Counted from the stretch's first letter, positions 37,218-48,617 are shown. The stretch: 64,000 bases of DNA from Candidatus Cloacimonadales bacterium (GCA_963662275.1 OY759316.1:3296001-3360000), one strand, 5' to 3'. Notes: generated by a model from the letters alone, not told the origin. Program-made: numbers and translations.

Positions 37218-39281
37218 ATGTCATATTATATAGATCATATATTAGAACTATTCCAAGATGAAGAATTACGTTTTTTCTTTGTTGAAAAAGAAGATAAAGG
37301 ACAATTACATATTGTTGATCGGAATGGTAAGAGAAATAGAGTTCCCGAGTCTCGTATAGTTTTCCTTTTTCCCAATCGTACCACATCCGAAACAGCTACC
37401 AGGATCATTGATCAATTGCAGGAAGAAATCTCCCATTTGATGTTAGATATTGATACTGCGCTTCTATGGGAATCTGTTCCTGAATATGATCGTGAGTATA
37501 AAATATCGGAACTGGCTGATATTTATTTCAACACCCCATCAGTAATTGAACAATCAGCATTATTCCATGCTTTACGGTCAGATAATCTCCATTTTAAAAG
37601 AAAAGGCGTTTTCTTCTTTCCTCGAAAACAGCAGCAAATAACAGAAATCAGTCTTCAAGCTGAAAAAGATCAGGAGAAAAAAGAGAAAACAGATAGACTG
37701 TTATCTTTTTTTAAACAGATCCTCAACTCAAAAAATAAATTACAACCTGACGAATACTTCTCCAGTGTATTAATGGAGATGAAGCATCGTCTTTATCAAC
37801 ATAGACTTGATTTTGCTGAACAGATATTACAATCATTAGATACTCGACGTTCAATGGGAAGTCTTCTTTATGAGGTCTTTCACAAAACAGGAATAATTAG
37901 AGAAGATGAGAATCGTTTCCTTATAGAAGCAGGGATTCCTGAACTCTTTTCTACTGAAACCGAAGTTGCAGCAGAGACCGCATCATTATTCCAATCTGCC
38001 CAAAGTCGAATGAATCTGACTAGTCTTGATATCTTCAGCATTGATGATGAATCTACGCGTGAAATCGATGACGCTCTATCAATCGAGAAATTAGAAAATG
38101 GCTTTCGCATCGGTATCCATATCTCGGAAGTATCTTCGTGGATTGAACCGACCTCATTATTAGATAAAGAAGCACAAAAACGAATCTCCTCTATCTATCT
38201 GGAAACGGGTGTAATAACCATGTTCCCAGAAATCCTCTCCTGCGACCGTATGAGTTTGAAAAGTGGTGAGATACGCAGTGCATTAAGCTTACTGGTTCAC
38301 TGTACTCCTGAGGGAGAGATTACAAACTACCAGTTTGTCATTTCCGATTTTAATGTTCATCGCAGGCTTTCCTATGATGATACAGATGCCATGCTGAAAT
38401 CAAAAAATACTGACTTGCTTTCATCTCAAATCAGCCAATTCAAAAGTCTTACAGATACTTGGAAGAAACAAAGAATGGATGCAGGCGCAATTGATATTTG
38501 TAAACCGGAATTCAATCTTGAAGTGAATGGGGATGATATTGTCCTCAAACAATATGATCGCTTTTCACCCAGCCGTAGTATTGTATCTGAATGCATGATT
38601 CTTTTCAATAAATTGGCTGCACAGTTTGCTCTTGAAAGAGATATCCCTATGATCTATCGGGCACAAGACCCACCACAGGACTTGCTTTCCAATGAATCCC
38701 GAGGAAGAGAATTGAAGTCATTAAGTATGTTAAATGAGAAAACACTTGATCGACAATCTACTGATATTGACAAAAATGAATATAATCCCATTCAAGTTGA
38801 TCAGATCATGCGTCAAATGAGACCGGGAAGACTGACGACGATTCCTCTTCCCCATGCGGGCCTGGGTGTCGATATTTATACTCAGTTGAGTTCACCCATC
38901 CGTCGATATGCTGATCTTGTGCTGCAAAGACAGATTATTGCCAGCCTAAATAATACAGAATGTCCCTATAAAATTGAAGAATTATATGAAATCCTGGCAG
39001 CTATTGAAGAAAACGAAAAGCAAATCCGTGAAGTTTATCAGCGTTCACGTCAATATTGGCTAATTCGTTATTTAGAGAAATACCGCCTTCATGATGTTTT
39101 CCCGGCTATGGTCATCAATATGAATCCCCGCCAGGCTTTTGTAGAAATATTAGAACTCGGGTATCGTGTAGCTCTTCCAGGTAGCCCCTTGTTCAAAATA
39201 GGACAAACTCTCACCATTAAAGTTAGGAAGTTGGATGCCGAGGAAGGAATTATGGCATTTGAAGCGATATCTGTGCAATGA
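37218..39281 (+). CDS. RNB-domain exoribonuclease (RNase II family)
   Basis: Catalytic SIDDESTREIDDALS; HAGLGVDIYTQLSSPIRRYADLVLQRQI; C-terminal S1 domain. ATG at 37218 follows AAGGA. Confidence 0.88.
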   Translation: MSYYIDHILELFQDEELRFFFVEKEDKGQLHIVDRNGKRNRVPESRIVFLFPNRTTSETATRIIDQLQEEISHLMLDIDTALLWESVPEYDREYKISELADIYFNTPSVIEQSALFHALRSDNLHFKRKGVFFFPRKQQQITEISLQAEKDQEKKEKTDRLLSFFKQILNSKNKLQPDEYFSSVLMEMKHRLYQHRLDFAEQILQSLDTRRSMGSLLYEVFHKTGIIREDENRFLIEAGIPELFSTETEVAAETASLFQSAQSRMNLTSLDIFSIDDESTREIDDALSIEKLENGFRIGIHISEVSSWIEPTSLLDKEAQKRISSIYLETGVITMFPEILSCDRMSLKSGEIRSALSLLVHCTPEGEITNYQFVISDFNVHRRLSYDDTDAMLKSKNTDLLSSQISQFKSLTDTWKKQRMDAGAIDICKPEFNLEVNGDDIVLKQYDRFSPSRSIVSECMILFNKLAAQFALERDIPMIYRAQDPPQDLLSNESRGRELKSLSMLNEKTLDRQSTDIDKNEYNPIQVDQIMRQMRPGRLTTIPLPHAGLGVDIYTQLSSPIRRYADLVLQRQIIASLNNTECPYKIEELYEILAAIEENEKQIREVYQRSRQYWLIRYLEKYRLHDVFPAMVINMNPRQAFVEILELGYRVALPGSPLFKIGQTLTIKVRKLDAEEGIMAFEAISVQ

Positions 39282-39299
39282 AATAATAAGGAAGGTGAT

Positions 39300-40346
39300 A
39301 TGACACGCAGTTTTGGAAGTGATAATCATTCAGGTATTCATCCCAAAATACTGGAAGCAATCTTCCAGGCAAATATCGGTGTTGAAAGATCATACGGTGA
39401 TGATCCCTATACAGAACAAGCGATAAAGAAGCTGAAACATCTCTTTGGAGAAACAGCAGACATATATTTCGTTTGTAATGGAACTGCAGCTAATGTATTG
39501 TCATTGAATGTACTCTTACACCCGTACGAAGCAATCTTGTGTGCAGAGTCAGCTCACATCCATGTGGATGAATGCGGTGCACCAGAGCACTACATAGGCT
39601 GTCAACTCATTACTATGCCCACTTCTGACGGAAAATTGAAACCTGAGATGATACCTCCTCATTTATCAGAAATTGGGTTTGAACATCATGTTCAGCCGAA
39701 AGTGATTTCCATTTCACAAATATCGGAACTGGGAACAGTTTATTCCATTGAAGAAATTAAAGCTCTCGCTGATTTTGCACATTGTCATGATATGTTGCTG
39801 CATATGGATGGAGCACGTTTTGCAAATGCAGTTGTTTCGATGGGAATGGATGTTCGTACCATGACGGTTGATGCGGGAGTGGATGTCATGACATTTGGCG
39901 GAACGAAGAATGGCATGATGATGGGTGAAGCTGTCATTTTCTTCAATCCGGAGATGTCAAAATCATTTAAATACATACGTAAACAGGGAATGCAACTACT
40001 GTCAAAGATGCGATATGTGTCTGCTCAATTCAGTGCTTATTTGGAAAATGATCTTTGGCTGAAAAATGCCAGTAAGGCAAATAACATGGCAAAGTTATTG
40101 GAAAAAGGTTTGCGAGAATTTGAGATGTGTCATATTCATTATCAAGTCGATGCTAATGCCATCTTCCTCTCATTACCACGTGAGATAGCTTTCAAGTTAC
40201 AGGAAAGATTCTTCTTCTATTTTTGGGATGAAGACCCACTGGAAATCAGACTTATGACTTCATTCATGACCACGGAACAAGATATTGATGCTCTTTTGAA
40301 TTCCCTTCACGAAATATCTGCTTCCAACTGCCATGAATCAAAATAG
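39300..40346 (+). CDS. ltaE: low-specificity L-threonine aldolase (PLP-dependent)
   Basis: FGSDNHSG, YGDD, NGTAAN, HIHVDECGA, LHMDGARFANA, FGGTKNG. Confidence 0.88.
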   Translation: MTRSFGSDNHSGIHPKILEAIFQANIGVERSYGDDPYTEQAIKKLKHLFGETADIYFVCNGTAANVLSLNVLLHPYEAILCAESAHIHVDECGAPEHYIGCQLITMPTSDGKLKPEMIPPHLSEIGFEHHVQPKVISISQISELGTVYSIEEIKALADFAHCHDMLLHMDGARFANAVVSMGMDVRTMTVDAGVDVMTFGGTKNGMMMGEAVIFFNPEMSKSFKYIRKQGMQLLSKMRYVSAQFSAYLENDLWLKNASKANNMAKLLEKGLREFEMCHIHYQVDANAIFLSLPREIAFKLQERFFFYFWDEDPLEIRLMTSFMTTEQDIDALLNSLHEISASNCHESK

Positions 40347-41220
40347 AATCAGTTACATCTATTGCTTTTGGGCGATCTTCTTCTTCTCCACCATTGAACT
40401 TGTGGGGAAACTGATTGGGAAGGGGATTTCACCGCTCCTAATAACAGCCTATCGTTTCACTATAGGTGGACTTGTGCTTCTGCCATTTGCCGTGTATCAC
40501 TGTAAAAAAAGCAATTTAAAGTTGCATTTTACAGATTATCTCCATATGGCATATCCGGGTGTAATCAATGTGGCAATCAGCATGATGTTCCTACAATTGG
40601 CAGTATATTTTGGAAAAGCATCGATGGCTGGGATACTTGTTTCAACAAATCCACTTTTTGTTGCTATTTTTGCCTATTTGCTTCTCAAGGAAGATTTGGA
40701 TCGATATAAAATTCTAGGAATTGTAGTAGGCTTAGGTGGAATCTTCCTGATTATTATAGGAGAAAAACAACTTCTTTTAGGGGATGCTAATCTTCTCTTG
40801 GGAACGCTGTTTGGTTTGCTTGCGGCACTGACATTCGGCTTCAATGTTGTGCTCTCTAAGAAGTATATCAAAAAATATGGCAACTTCCTGTTTAATACAG
40901 TTGCTTTTTTTAGCGGAGCATTCGTTCTACTCATTGCCGGAATGGTATTGGGAATTGATATTACTTTTTCGTTCAGTTTGAAAAACTGGCTTTATATAAT
41001 ATATCTGGGTCTATTCGTCACAGGATTGGCATATATTCTATTCTTCGAAGGATTAAAGCATATTTCAGCAGCAACAGGTTCTATGTTTTTTTTCCTCAAA
41101 CCAGCACTGGCAAGTATCTTTGCTGTGTTGATTCTTAAGGAACATCTTTCCCCGTCGCAAGTTGTGGGTATTGTGCTGATTATTCTTAGTTTGAATACAG
41201 ACAGGTTGAGAAAAAAGTAA
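40333..41220 (+). CDS. EamA/DMT family transporter
   Basis: Ten hydrophobic segments forming two EamA repeats. Confidence 0.88.
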   Translation: MNQNRISYIYCFWAIFFFSTIELVGKLIGKGISPLLITAYRFTIGGLVLLPFAVYHCKKSNLKLHFTDYLHMAYPGVINVAISMMFLQLAVYFGKASMAGILVSTNPLFVAIFAYLLLKEDLDRYKILGIVVGLGGIFLIIIGEKQLLLGDANLLLGTLFGLLAALTFGFNVVLSKKYIKKYGNFLFNTVAFFSGAFVLLIAGMVLGIDITFSFSLKNWLYIIYLGLFVTGLAYILFFEGLKHISAATGSMFFFLKPALASIFAVLILKEHLSPSQVVGIVLIILSLNTDRLRKK

Positions 41221-41269
41221 AGATACTTAACGATACTGCTTGTTTCAGTTTTCTAGAGCAAACTTCATA

Positions 41270-44200
41270 TTAGAATTGTATTTCCATCCATATACTTATA
41301 CTAAATGTTCGGAGTGATTCATTTTTCTTCAGATTTTTCTGCAATTCATAACTACTTGTTAATCCACCTTTGATATTCCTGTGAAACTGGTAGGTTGCCC
41401 CTGGTGTAATAGATATCTTCTGTGTACTCAAATTGACTACTGTTTCTCTGCCATAATTGACATTATAATCTTTTTGCCAACTTAAACCGATGCTGGAAGT
41501 CATTTCATTCTTAAATTGAATCTTCTTCTTTGAGAATGGAATATGAATACCTTTTTCAGCGGTGAAGGCATAGGAAAGATTACCTGATACAGATTGTGAA
41601 TTTGTTGTATTCCTAACTTTTGAAGAGGAAGATTGAATCGTTATATCTTCCGACTGGGATAAATTATAGGCAAGATTGGTGGTCATGTTATTCACCCAAT
41701 TGGCAGTCCAGGCAAGAAAAGGCTGCATCGATACTGTGCGAATAGTTTTCTCTGGTCTGTCTGATTCTTTATTACTCAAAGAATAATTGGATGTTAAACG
41801 TGAACTTGTTAGAATCTTTTGAGCGTGAAGATACTTCTGAAATTCACTGAGCGTAAGTGTTACATCAGGAAAAACAACCGTTGTAGATGTTTGACTGGAA
41901 TTCGCATAGCTTTTCTGAATTGACATAGTATATTTAATATCGGAATCAAGATTCGAAGTAAAAGCTATTCCGGAAGAAAGACCATAACTGTTATCGTAAT
42001 TACGGGAATTAAGTAGACTATCTGCAAGAGTATGAGGCAGACCCAATTGATACCAGAAATTAGGTCGATTATCTAAATATTGAAAACTTGTTGTATAACC
42101 GTTTTGGTATGTAGTAGCAAGATTTTTAATTTTTGAAAGATAAGAAAGGAATGAGCCAGCACTTAAAAAATCAGCTTGTGGATTTTCTGAAGAAACTTGG
42201 TCTTTCGGTTTCATCCGATTATCATTTTGATTTCCTTTTCCTTCCTGTTCAGCTTTATTCTTCTCTTCTTCTGTTTGATAAGTAAGCATTTCTTTTTGCT
42301 TTTTACGATCTTCTATAGATTTCTGATCCGATTCCTCAGAGTCAGTTACCTTGTTTTCCTGGGGTTGATCTTTACTTGTCTTTTCTGTTCCACGTTTTGT
42401 TTGTCTATTACTGTTTTCAATAGGTTTTACTGAAGGTATTTGATAGGGATTCCATCCAGCAGGTTTAACTTCTGGATACTGATCAATAGTAGTAACTGTA
42501 TTAATTGCAGATTCGGATACTGTTGATTTATTCAGCTTTTTTTGCTCTTGATGACTGATGACAATCCTCGCCCAGGAACTCAGTAGATCGGAATTTTTTA
42601 TAGTCATATTTGATCGAATAGCTCGATTCGTATTCCCGTCTCGCTTAAAATTCTCAACAGTGAGATTGTTTAGGTTTGAAGCATTGTTTTGCCTGAATGT
42701 CTCTGAGTATTTAGAATTTACATTAGTTGAAAAAGTAAGTAAATTATCTACATATCTTGGAGTATAATCCAGATTCACATCCTGTAGATGTTCTGATTCA
42801 ATGCCAATATTGATACTTTTCCGCATCTGTCTGATCATAAAATCACGCTTAGTTGTTAACCGGTAGGTTGTTGTCAAATCTGTGAGTATATCATACCCCA
42901 AACTGTTATCAGTTGTTAACTGCCTTGTATCTCTAGTTTGATCTCTCGGGTCCCACTGATTTGGATTAACCGTATTTTTCAGGTAACTTTTTGGAAAAGA
43001 GGCAAAATATGTAAAAGCATTATTAAAAGTCTTTGGCAAGAAGTAGAGAGCATAATCCTTTGAGAATTTAAGTGCAAACTTCTCCTTGGGAATATCAAGC
43101 CGATAATTATAGACTTCCCTATATGAAAGAGTAGTATCAGCAGTTGTTGGATCCAGGCGTTTGGTATATGTTATATTACCTGAAACAGCGGTATTCTTGA
43201 TAGTGTAAGCTAGAATTGCATTTTTGGGAGCTTTAAGTTGACTAAACCCAAGATCAGCAGAATAAGATGTTTGATGGCGTTCATCTCTTTCTTGGGTTTC
43301 TGTAGCTATATTCAGTTGATCGGAATATGCCCGGAATTTAGGTATACCCATTTGATATGCATATTTTAATGATAAGGGGATACTCAGACTCCAACTATCC
43401 GGCATAAACTTATGCAGGGAGTAATTATTACTAATATTTAGACTGGTTGTTTCTTCAAAGCTACCCGATAACGAACCGCTTCTCTGGCTTGTTGTACTAA
43501 AATAGGGAGACTGTTTAATAATTTCAACATCCAGAGTTGAAAAATCAGCAAAAGTCGTACTTATACTTGCCCTGCCAGCATAGCCAGCACCTACAATTGG
43601 ATCGCTGACCCTTATATCATCAAAATATATTGTACCGGTATATGGTTGGGATTGACTTCCTAGTGCCTCGACTCCAAGACTGATTTCCTTGATGTTATTC
43701 AAACTCGGATACTGATTAGAAGCCCCTACAAAAGCGAAAGTATAATTATCTTCCTGGATTTCACCCCTGGTAAGCTGAATATTTCCTAAATAAGGCTGGG
43801 TAATCTTGACATGTGAACTATCTGAACGAAGCATTGATAATTTTGAAAAAGGAAACTCCAGTGTTGTCCATTTACTTTGTTCCATCGTTGGAGTATAATA
43901 ACGTTCGACTTTTGTTTTATATCTAATTTCATAATAATGAGTAGAATCTGCTCCCATACGCATGATGATATTGATACTGTCAGGATTTTGATCAGCATTT
44001 TGCGCTTTTTCAGGATACAGTAAAAACTTGAGATTATTGTATGAAAGAAGATTAAAAGATTCCCGAAAGATCTGTTTCACTAATCCAAAATGAGTGGGTT
44101 GCAAATTCTTATAATCGATAATCAGACTCTGTTCCAACGCCGCTTTGGAATCCACTGTTTCAAATGTGCCTGCTGGAGATCGGTAATGGTTGTTATTTTG

Positions 44201-47200
44201 ATTATCGATGATTCCAACTAACATTTCTTCTTGGTACATCTCAATTGTAGAAACAGGAACGACTGTTTCATCAGGGTTACGGAGGCCTTTATCTTCCCAC
44301 TTATTACCAACAATATCAAGGTTTGCAAATTTGACACGAGTGGTCTTTTCCACTTCAAACCATATTCTGGCATAACTGATTTTTTGCAGGCTCGGATTTG
44401 TTGTTGTTGAATTCGTAACCACTCTCATGAAATTGGGATCATGCATGGGGATTCGATATAGTTTCCAACCATTCTGATTTGTATTGATCGGAGGATAAAG
44501 AGCTGGATTACTCAATGAAATCGTATATTCAAAGTACTGATCCAATACATCTAATGCACCATTTCCATTTAAATCTTCCGTATCTAATATTCCATTATGC
44601 TCAGTCCCATTAATATGCGGATAATCTCCAGTCGAAGCTTCCTGGTCACTACTGGCTATATCATTAGGATCGGCACCAAATGTACCATTGGGTTTACCAT
44701 CTAATCCTACATCCTCTCGTGAATCAAGAACACCATCCTTTGGTCCACCATTAGATCCGTCTTCTGTATTTGGTTTCCCGTTCTGTTCTCCAAAATCTGT
44801 ATAAAAATCCTCGCTGATGTTTCCCAGATCAACATGCATAACCACAGGTCCAGGTTCATCTGTACTCAAGGGATCAACTTTAACGAGAATCTCGATATAT
44901 TTCTTTTGGGATAAGTCAATCTGGTTGCCAATATACTTCATTAACCCACCCCAATAGGTAATATTTGATCCCGGCATACCTAATGGATTGGGTGACATTT
45001 TGACTGCCATCACAGTCACTTTATCCTTCTTTTCCTTTTCCGTCAGCGTAGAATCATTATAGACATCTTTTGCATAAACATCATCGGGATTGTACCAGAT
45101 TGTTTTAGCCTTAGCAAGATTGATTTGGGAAGGCTTACTTCCTGGAACCCAAGTCGAACGCATTACACCTAACGGAAATACGTCCAGGATTCCTTCCATA
45201 TCGTCTATGTAAGCTTCCTGTTTCTTCGTATTTGGATCCCCATAGAGATAAGGCAAACTCATCGCAATTTCACCACTTAACAAAATCTTGGAATCAGCAT
45301 TTGTCTTAATCATGGGTAATGCATCAATCATTCTGGTAACAAAAGCTGGTTGAACAGCAAATTGACCATCTACATCTGCCAGGATCAATCGCAGATTTTC
45401 ATTCCCTATCTTAGGATGTTTATCTGTAACAGATTCCGTTCTGTAGATGAATGTTCCCCCAATTTTTGTATTATCACTGATGATATAATCAGCTCTGACA
45501 CCCATTAGGGATTTTTTTTCTACTGCAAAACCACTTTTGAACTCATAATCTATCTCAACTTTATCTTGGGGATTTTTTCCTTTTGGAGTTAAGAATGTTA
45601 CTTCACCTAAATCATAATCCATCACATAATCTATGTTTTCTCGTAATTGTTCTCCATTAACTTTAACATGAACGCTACCTTTTAGAATACCAAACTGATT
45701 CAGAGCAATTCGTTCCCGTGCCACTTTTCCCTTATAATTAATTAGCATATGCGATTGATCTAAGAGAAGATACTCCGGTTCTTTGTTATAGATCAGATCT
45801 CCCAATGGCTCGAAGGGACGTAAAAAAGGAATTCGAATATATCCTTTTGCCAAATCTAAGGAGAGATCACCGTCACCCACAAAGTTATCACCATTCGTAT
45901 CCATATGCAAATAATCATTGTACCTGACTAATCCGTTTGTGACAATCGAATCAGGTACATTATAGTCTCGTTTCATGTTTGATTGAATGGTAAAAATATC
46001 CAGACGAAATCCCTCAGCCTGAACATTACTCTGACCAAGATCATACATATTTCTGACTTCATAATCCCAGGTATTATTTGGATTAGTAGGTTCATTTTCC
46101 TGATTCTTGGATCGAAGTACTCTGACATGAAGTTTGTCTGTGTTGGGGAAAGTTGCTGGTACTGCAACTTCATTGGCTTGAACGTATTTGACTGCTATGG
46201 TAAAATTGGATTCGATGGTTTTATAGAGAATAATGATCCCTTGATTATATGCATAATCAACATCATAATCAACGCCAGGCAATAATTCATCATACATTGG
46301 CGTATAAGTTACCCCTTGTGAATTAGTTACAGGGTCACCTTCAAGAGCATTGTTATCATTATTAGAATTAGCATCATCCATATATACAAATAGTGATTGA
46401 GCTTTTGGCAGCAGATCAGTATTGGCAACTAATGCTCCCCGATAAACCTTAATGGCATTATCAACCCATCCTGGGGGAACATGAGTGGTATCCTGGATAC
46501 TTGGATCTGTATTAATCAAGTCTCCAGCTTGGTATAAAGAATATAGTTCTTTGGGTTTAGCTATATAGTACATTTTGCGATTCACAAAAGATCTACTGGA
46601 AATATCAACTGAATCTGCCTGGGTAGATCCAGTAAAGGTTTTCTTATTCTTCTGTCCTTCTTCCTTACTCAGGATGGTTGTTAGTTCCAGATTACCAATT
46701 TTCATTTTTGATTTCACACCAAACAAACCTTGCGAAGATGCACTATAACTGATATATCTGGAACCACTCAGAGCAAGTGTAATATTTCCCATTTCCACGG
46801 ACTGGACGATTTCATCTTCATCGCCCTTATATTGAACATTGATATTATTTGGATTGAAGAGCTGTTCATCTTGATTCGAATTGTGGGTCAAACTCACAGT
46901 AATCTTATCACCAATGGTACCTTTCAGGCTCAGATTTAGATCCTGTCTCATAACAACATCGAAATTTGAACCTTTCATATTTTCGCCAACAAGATGATTT
47001 TGTGATTTCGTACTTGTCCCTGTAAAAGTTAATTTCTGGCTACCATCCAAACTCAATTTCCCTGCTTTGTTTCCCAAGAATTTGCGAACTGATTTTGGAA
47101 TTGCTATGTTCGGTAAATCAATGGTAATTTCAGGAATGATGCCTGCTGTACTGGAACGATTTGATATGCTGAACATATCCAATACAGTCTTTCGCATTTC

Positions 47201-47530
47201 AACATGATAAATTGCAGAACTTAAGTTGTTGAAATATTCATCAAAGGATAAAACCACAGCAGGATATAGCTGTATTTCACCAATTTGAGCAGTCAGCTTT
47301 ACATTTTGATTCTGATAATCTACTTTTTCTGTTGTCTTCGTGCCGAAATCAGTTACCATGTAGGGTGCTGCTTTCCTAAAGTTCAAGCCTTTATCCAACT
47401 TATAGTAGATAATCTTATTATCAACAACCGGAGAATAATCCCCGATATAAAGTAAAGGACTAAATGTCTCAGCAAATGCTAACATCCAGACAAATCCAAT
47501 TGCCAGGATTAGCAGGATTTTTTTATTCAT
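41270..47530 (-). CDS. sprA: SprA/Sov-like type IX secretion outer-membrane translocon
   Basis: 2086 aa with a signal peptide. Motifs YKGDEDEIVQSVEMGNITL, QGLFGVK, GSVHVKVNGEQLRENIDYVMDYDLGEV, DLGNISED and TEDLNGNG; many amphipathic strands; terminal Phe. Confidence 0.88.
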   Translation of the reverse strand: MNKKILLILAIGFVWMLAFAETFSPLLYIGDYSPVVDNKIIYYKLDKGLNFRKAAPYMVTDFGTKTTEKVDYQNQNVKLTAQIGEIQLYPAVVLSFDEYFNNLSSAIYHVEMRKTVLDMFSISNRSSTAGIIPEITIDLPNIAIPKSVRKFLGNKAGKLSLDGSQKLTFTGTSTKSQNHLVGENMKGSNFDVVMRQDLNLSLKGTIGDKITVSLTHNSNQDEQLFNPNNINVQYKGDEDEIVQSVEMGNITLALSGSRYISYSASSQGLFGVKSKMKIGNLELTTILSKEEGQKNKKTFTGSTQADSVDISSRSFVNRKMYYIAKPKELYSLYQAGDLINTDPSIQDTTHVPPGWVDNAIKVYRGALVANTDLLPKAQSLFVYMDDANSNNDNNALEGDPVTNSQGVTYTPMYDELLPGVDYDVDYAYNQGIIILYKTIESNFTIAVKYVQANEVAVPATFPNTDKLHVRVLRSKNQENEPTNPNNTWDYEVRNMYDLGQSNVQAEGFRLDIFTIQSNMKRDYNVPDSIVTNGLVRYNDYLHMDTNGDNFVGDGDLSLDLAKGYIRIPFLRPFEPLGDLIYNKEPEYLLLDQSHMLINYKGKVARERIALNQFGILKGSVHVKVNGEQLRENIDYVMDYDLGEVTFLTPKGKNPQDKVEIDYEFKSGFAVEKKSLMGVRADYIISDNTKIGGTFIYRTESVTDKHPKIGNENLRLILADVDGQFAVQPAFVTRMIDALPMIKTNADSKILLSGEIAMSLPYLYGDPNTKKQEAYIDDMEGILDVFPLGVMRSTWVPGSKPSQINLAKAKTIWYNPDDVYAKDVYNDSTLTEKEKKDKVTVMAVKMSPNPLGMPGSNITYWGGLMKYIGNQIDLSQKKYIEILVKVDPLSTDEPGPVVMHVDLGNISEDFYTDFGEQNGKPNTEDGSNGGPKDGVLDSREDVGLDGKPNGTFGADPNDIASSDQEASTGDYPHINGTEHNGILDTEDLNGNGALDVLDQYFEYTISLSNPALYPPINTNQNGWKLYRIPMHDPNFMRVVTNSTTTNPSLQKISYARIWFEVEKTTRVKFANLDIVGNKWEDKGLRNPDETVVPVSTIEMYQEEMLVGIIDNQNNNHYRSPAGTFETVDSKAALEQSLIIDYKNLQPTHFGLVKQIFRESFNLLSYNNLKFLLYPEKAQNADQNPDSINIIMRMGADSTHYYEIRYKTKVERYYTPTMEQSKWTTLEFPFSKLSMLRSDSSHVKITQPYLGNIQLTRGEIQEDNYTFAFVGASNQYPSLNNIKEISLGVEALGSQSQPYTGTIYFDDIRVSDPIVGAGYAGRASISTTFADFSTLDVEIIKQSPYFSTTSQRSGSLSGSFEETTSLNISNNYSLHKFMPDSWSLSIPLSLKYAYQMGIPKFRAYSDQLNIATETQERDERHQTSYSADLGFSQLKAPKNAILAYTIKNTAVSGNITYTKRLDPTTADTTLSYREVYNYRLDIPKEKFALKFSKDYALYFLPKTFNNAFTYFASFPKSYLKNTVNPNQWDPRDQTRDTRQLTTDNSLGYDILTDLTTTYRLTTKRDFMIRQMRKSINIGIESEHLQDVNLDYTPRYVDNLLTFSTNVNSKYSETFRQNNASNLNNLTVENFKRDGNTNRAIRSNMTIKNSDLLSSWARIVISHQEQKKLNKSTVSESAINTVTTIDQYPEVKPAGWNPYQIPSVKPIENSNRQTKRGTEKTSKDQPQENKVTDSEESDQKSIEDRKKQKEMLTYQTEEEKNKAEQEGKGNQNDNRMKPKDQVSSENPQADFLSAGSFLSYLSKIKNLATTYQNGYTTSFQYLDNRPNFWYQLGLPHTLADSLLNSRNYDNSYGLSSGIAFTSNLDSDIKYTMSIQKSYANSSQTSTTVVFPDVTLTLSEFQKYLHAQKILTSSRLTSNYSLSNKESDRPEKTIRTVSMQPFLAWTANWVNNMTTNLAYNLSQSEDITIQSSSSKVRNTTNSQSVSGNLSYAFTAEKGIHIPFSKKKIQFKNEMTSSIGLSWQKDYNVNYGRETVVNLSTQKISITPGATYQFHRNIKGGLTSSYELQKNLKKNESLRTFSISIWMEIQF

Positions 47531-47570
47531 TACGTTCCTGTATTAAAGCGTAGAAAATCATTGCATACAA

Positions 47571-48362
47571 TTATGAGGTAGAATCCAGAGTACAACTTAT
47601 TCGATATAATCCTTCAAGAGTTAAAGTCTTATCGATTACATCAATTTCTCCGCACTCTTGACAAATCAAGGAAGAAATACCACCGGTTGCAATTGCCCTG
47701 ATCTCACCCAGAGAGGCATACTCCTGACGTATTTTCCGTATAAACCCATCCACCATCAGAGAATGACCCGTAACGATACCTGAAAGTAACCCTTCCTTAG
47801 TACTTGTTCCAATCGTTTTCTTCGGTGTCTCCAACTCAATCGAACTGAGCAGAGCTGCTGTATTGAAAAGAGTCGATGCCGATGTCATAACACCAGGTGC
47901 AATTACGGTTCCATAAAATGTTCCATCCTTTCCCACCAACTGGATAGTAGTAGCAGTACCAAAATCACAGATGATACAATTCGTTTGATACTTTTCTTTG
48001 GCAGTATATGCATTCACTACCAGATCAGCACCAATGAATGAAGGGTCAGGAACCAGGAATTTTAAACCTAACGGTGTTTTTGCATTTACGATAACCAGCT
48101 TGCATTGCAAGTACTTGTTGATCATATGCGTAAAAATTCGTGTCAGTTCAGGGACAACCGAAGCTAAAATACAATTGTGAAAATGCGCAATGTTTTGAGA
48201 AATACTCTCCTTTAGAGATTTGAATAAACTATAATACTCATCTGCTGTCTTAAGTGAATCCGAATGGAACCGCCAAGACTGGATAAGTTCACTCTCTTCA
48301 TAAATACCCATGACAATATGGGTATTTCCTATATCAATGACCAGAACGTATTTTTTATTCAT
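47571..48362 (-). CDS. coaX: type III pantothenate kinase
   Basis: LVIDIGNTHIV, ASVVP, IGADLV, CDFGTATT, IATGG, LTLEGL. Confidence 0.93.
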   Translation of the reverse strand: MNKKYVLVIDIGNTHIVMGIYEESELIQSWRFHSDSLKTADEYYSLFKSLKESISQNIAHFHNCILASVVPELTRIFTHMINKYLQCKLVIVNAKTPLGLKFLVPDPSFIGADLVVNAYTAKEKYQTNCIICDFGTATTIQLVGKDGTFYGTVIAPGVMTSASTLFNTAALLSSIELETPKKTIGTSTKEGLLSGIVTGHSLMVDGFIRKIRQEYASLGEIRAIATGGISSLICQECGEIDVIDKTLTLEGLYRISCTLDSTS

Positions 48363-48453
48363 TGTAACGGAGTTTTATCATTTATTATTATGCGTCAAGA
48401 AGAATATTTAGGAGTTAAGAATTCGATGATGAAAATGATAAAAAAAACTGACA

Positions 48454-48530
48454 CTTGTAACCTGTACCCTGTCACCTGTCACCTGTCACCTGTACCCTGT
48501 ACCCTGTACGCTGTATGCTGTATGCTGTCC
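48454..48530. repeat. heptamer tandem repeat, about 11 copies of CCTGTMM/GCTGTAT
   Basis: cttgtaa cctgtac cctgtca x3 cctgtac x3 gctgtat x2 gctgtcc. Confidence 0.85.
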
Positions 48531-48617
48531 TCTTCCCCATCTTTTCCTTGCCAGATTCAGGGACAATTCATTTATTGCATTTCTCTTGAAACTATTATGG
48601 AGGCTTAACAACCACGT

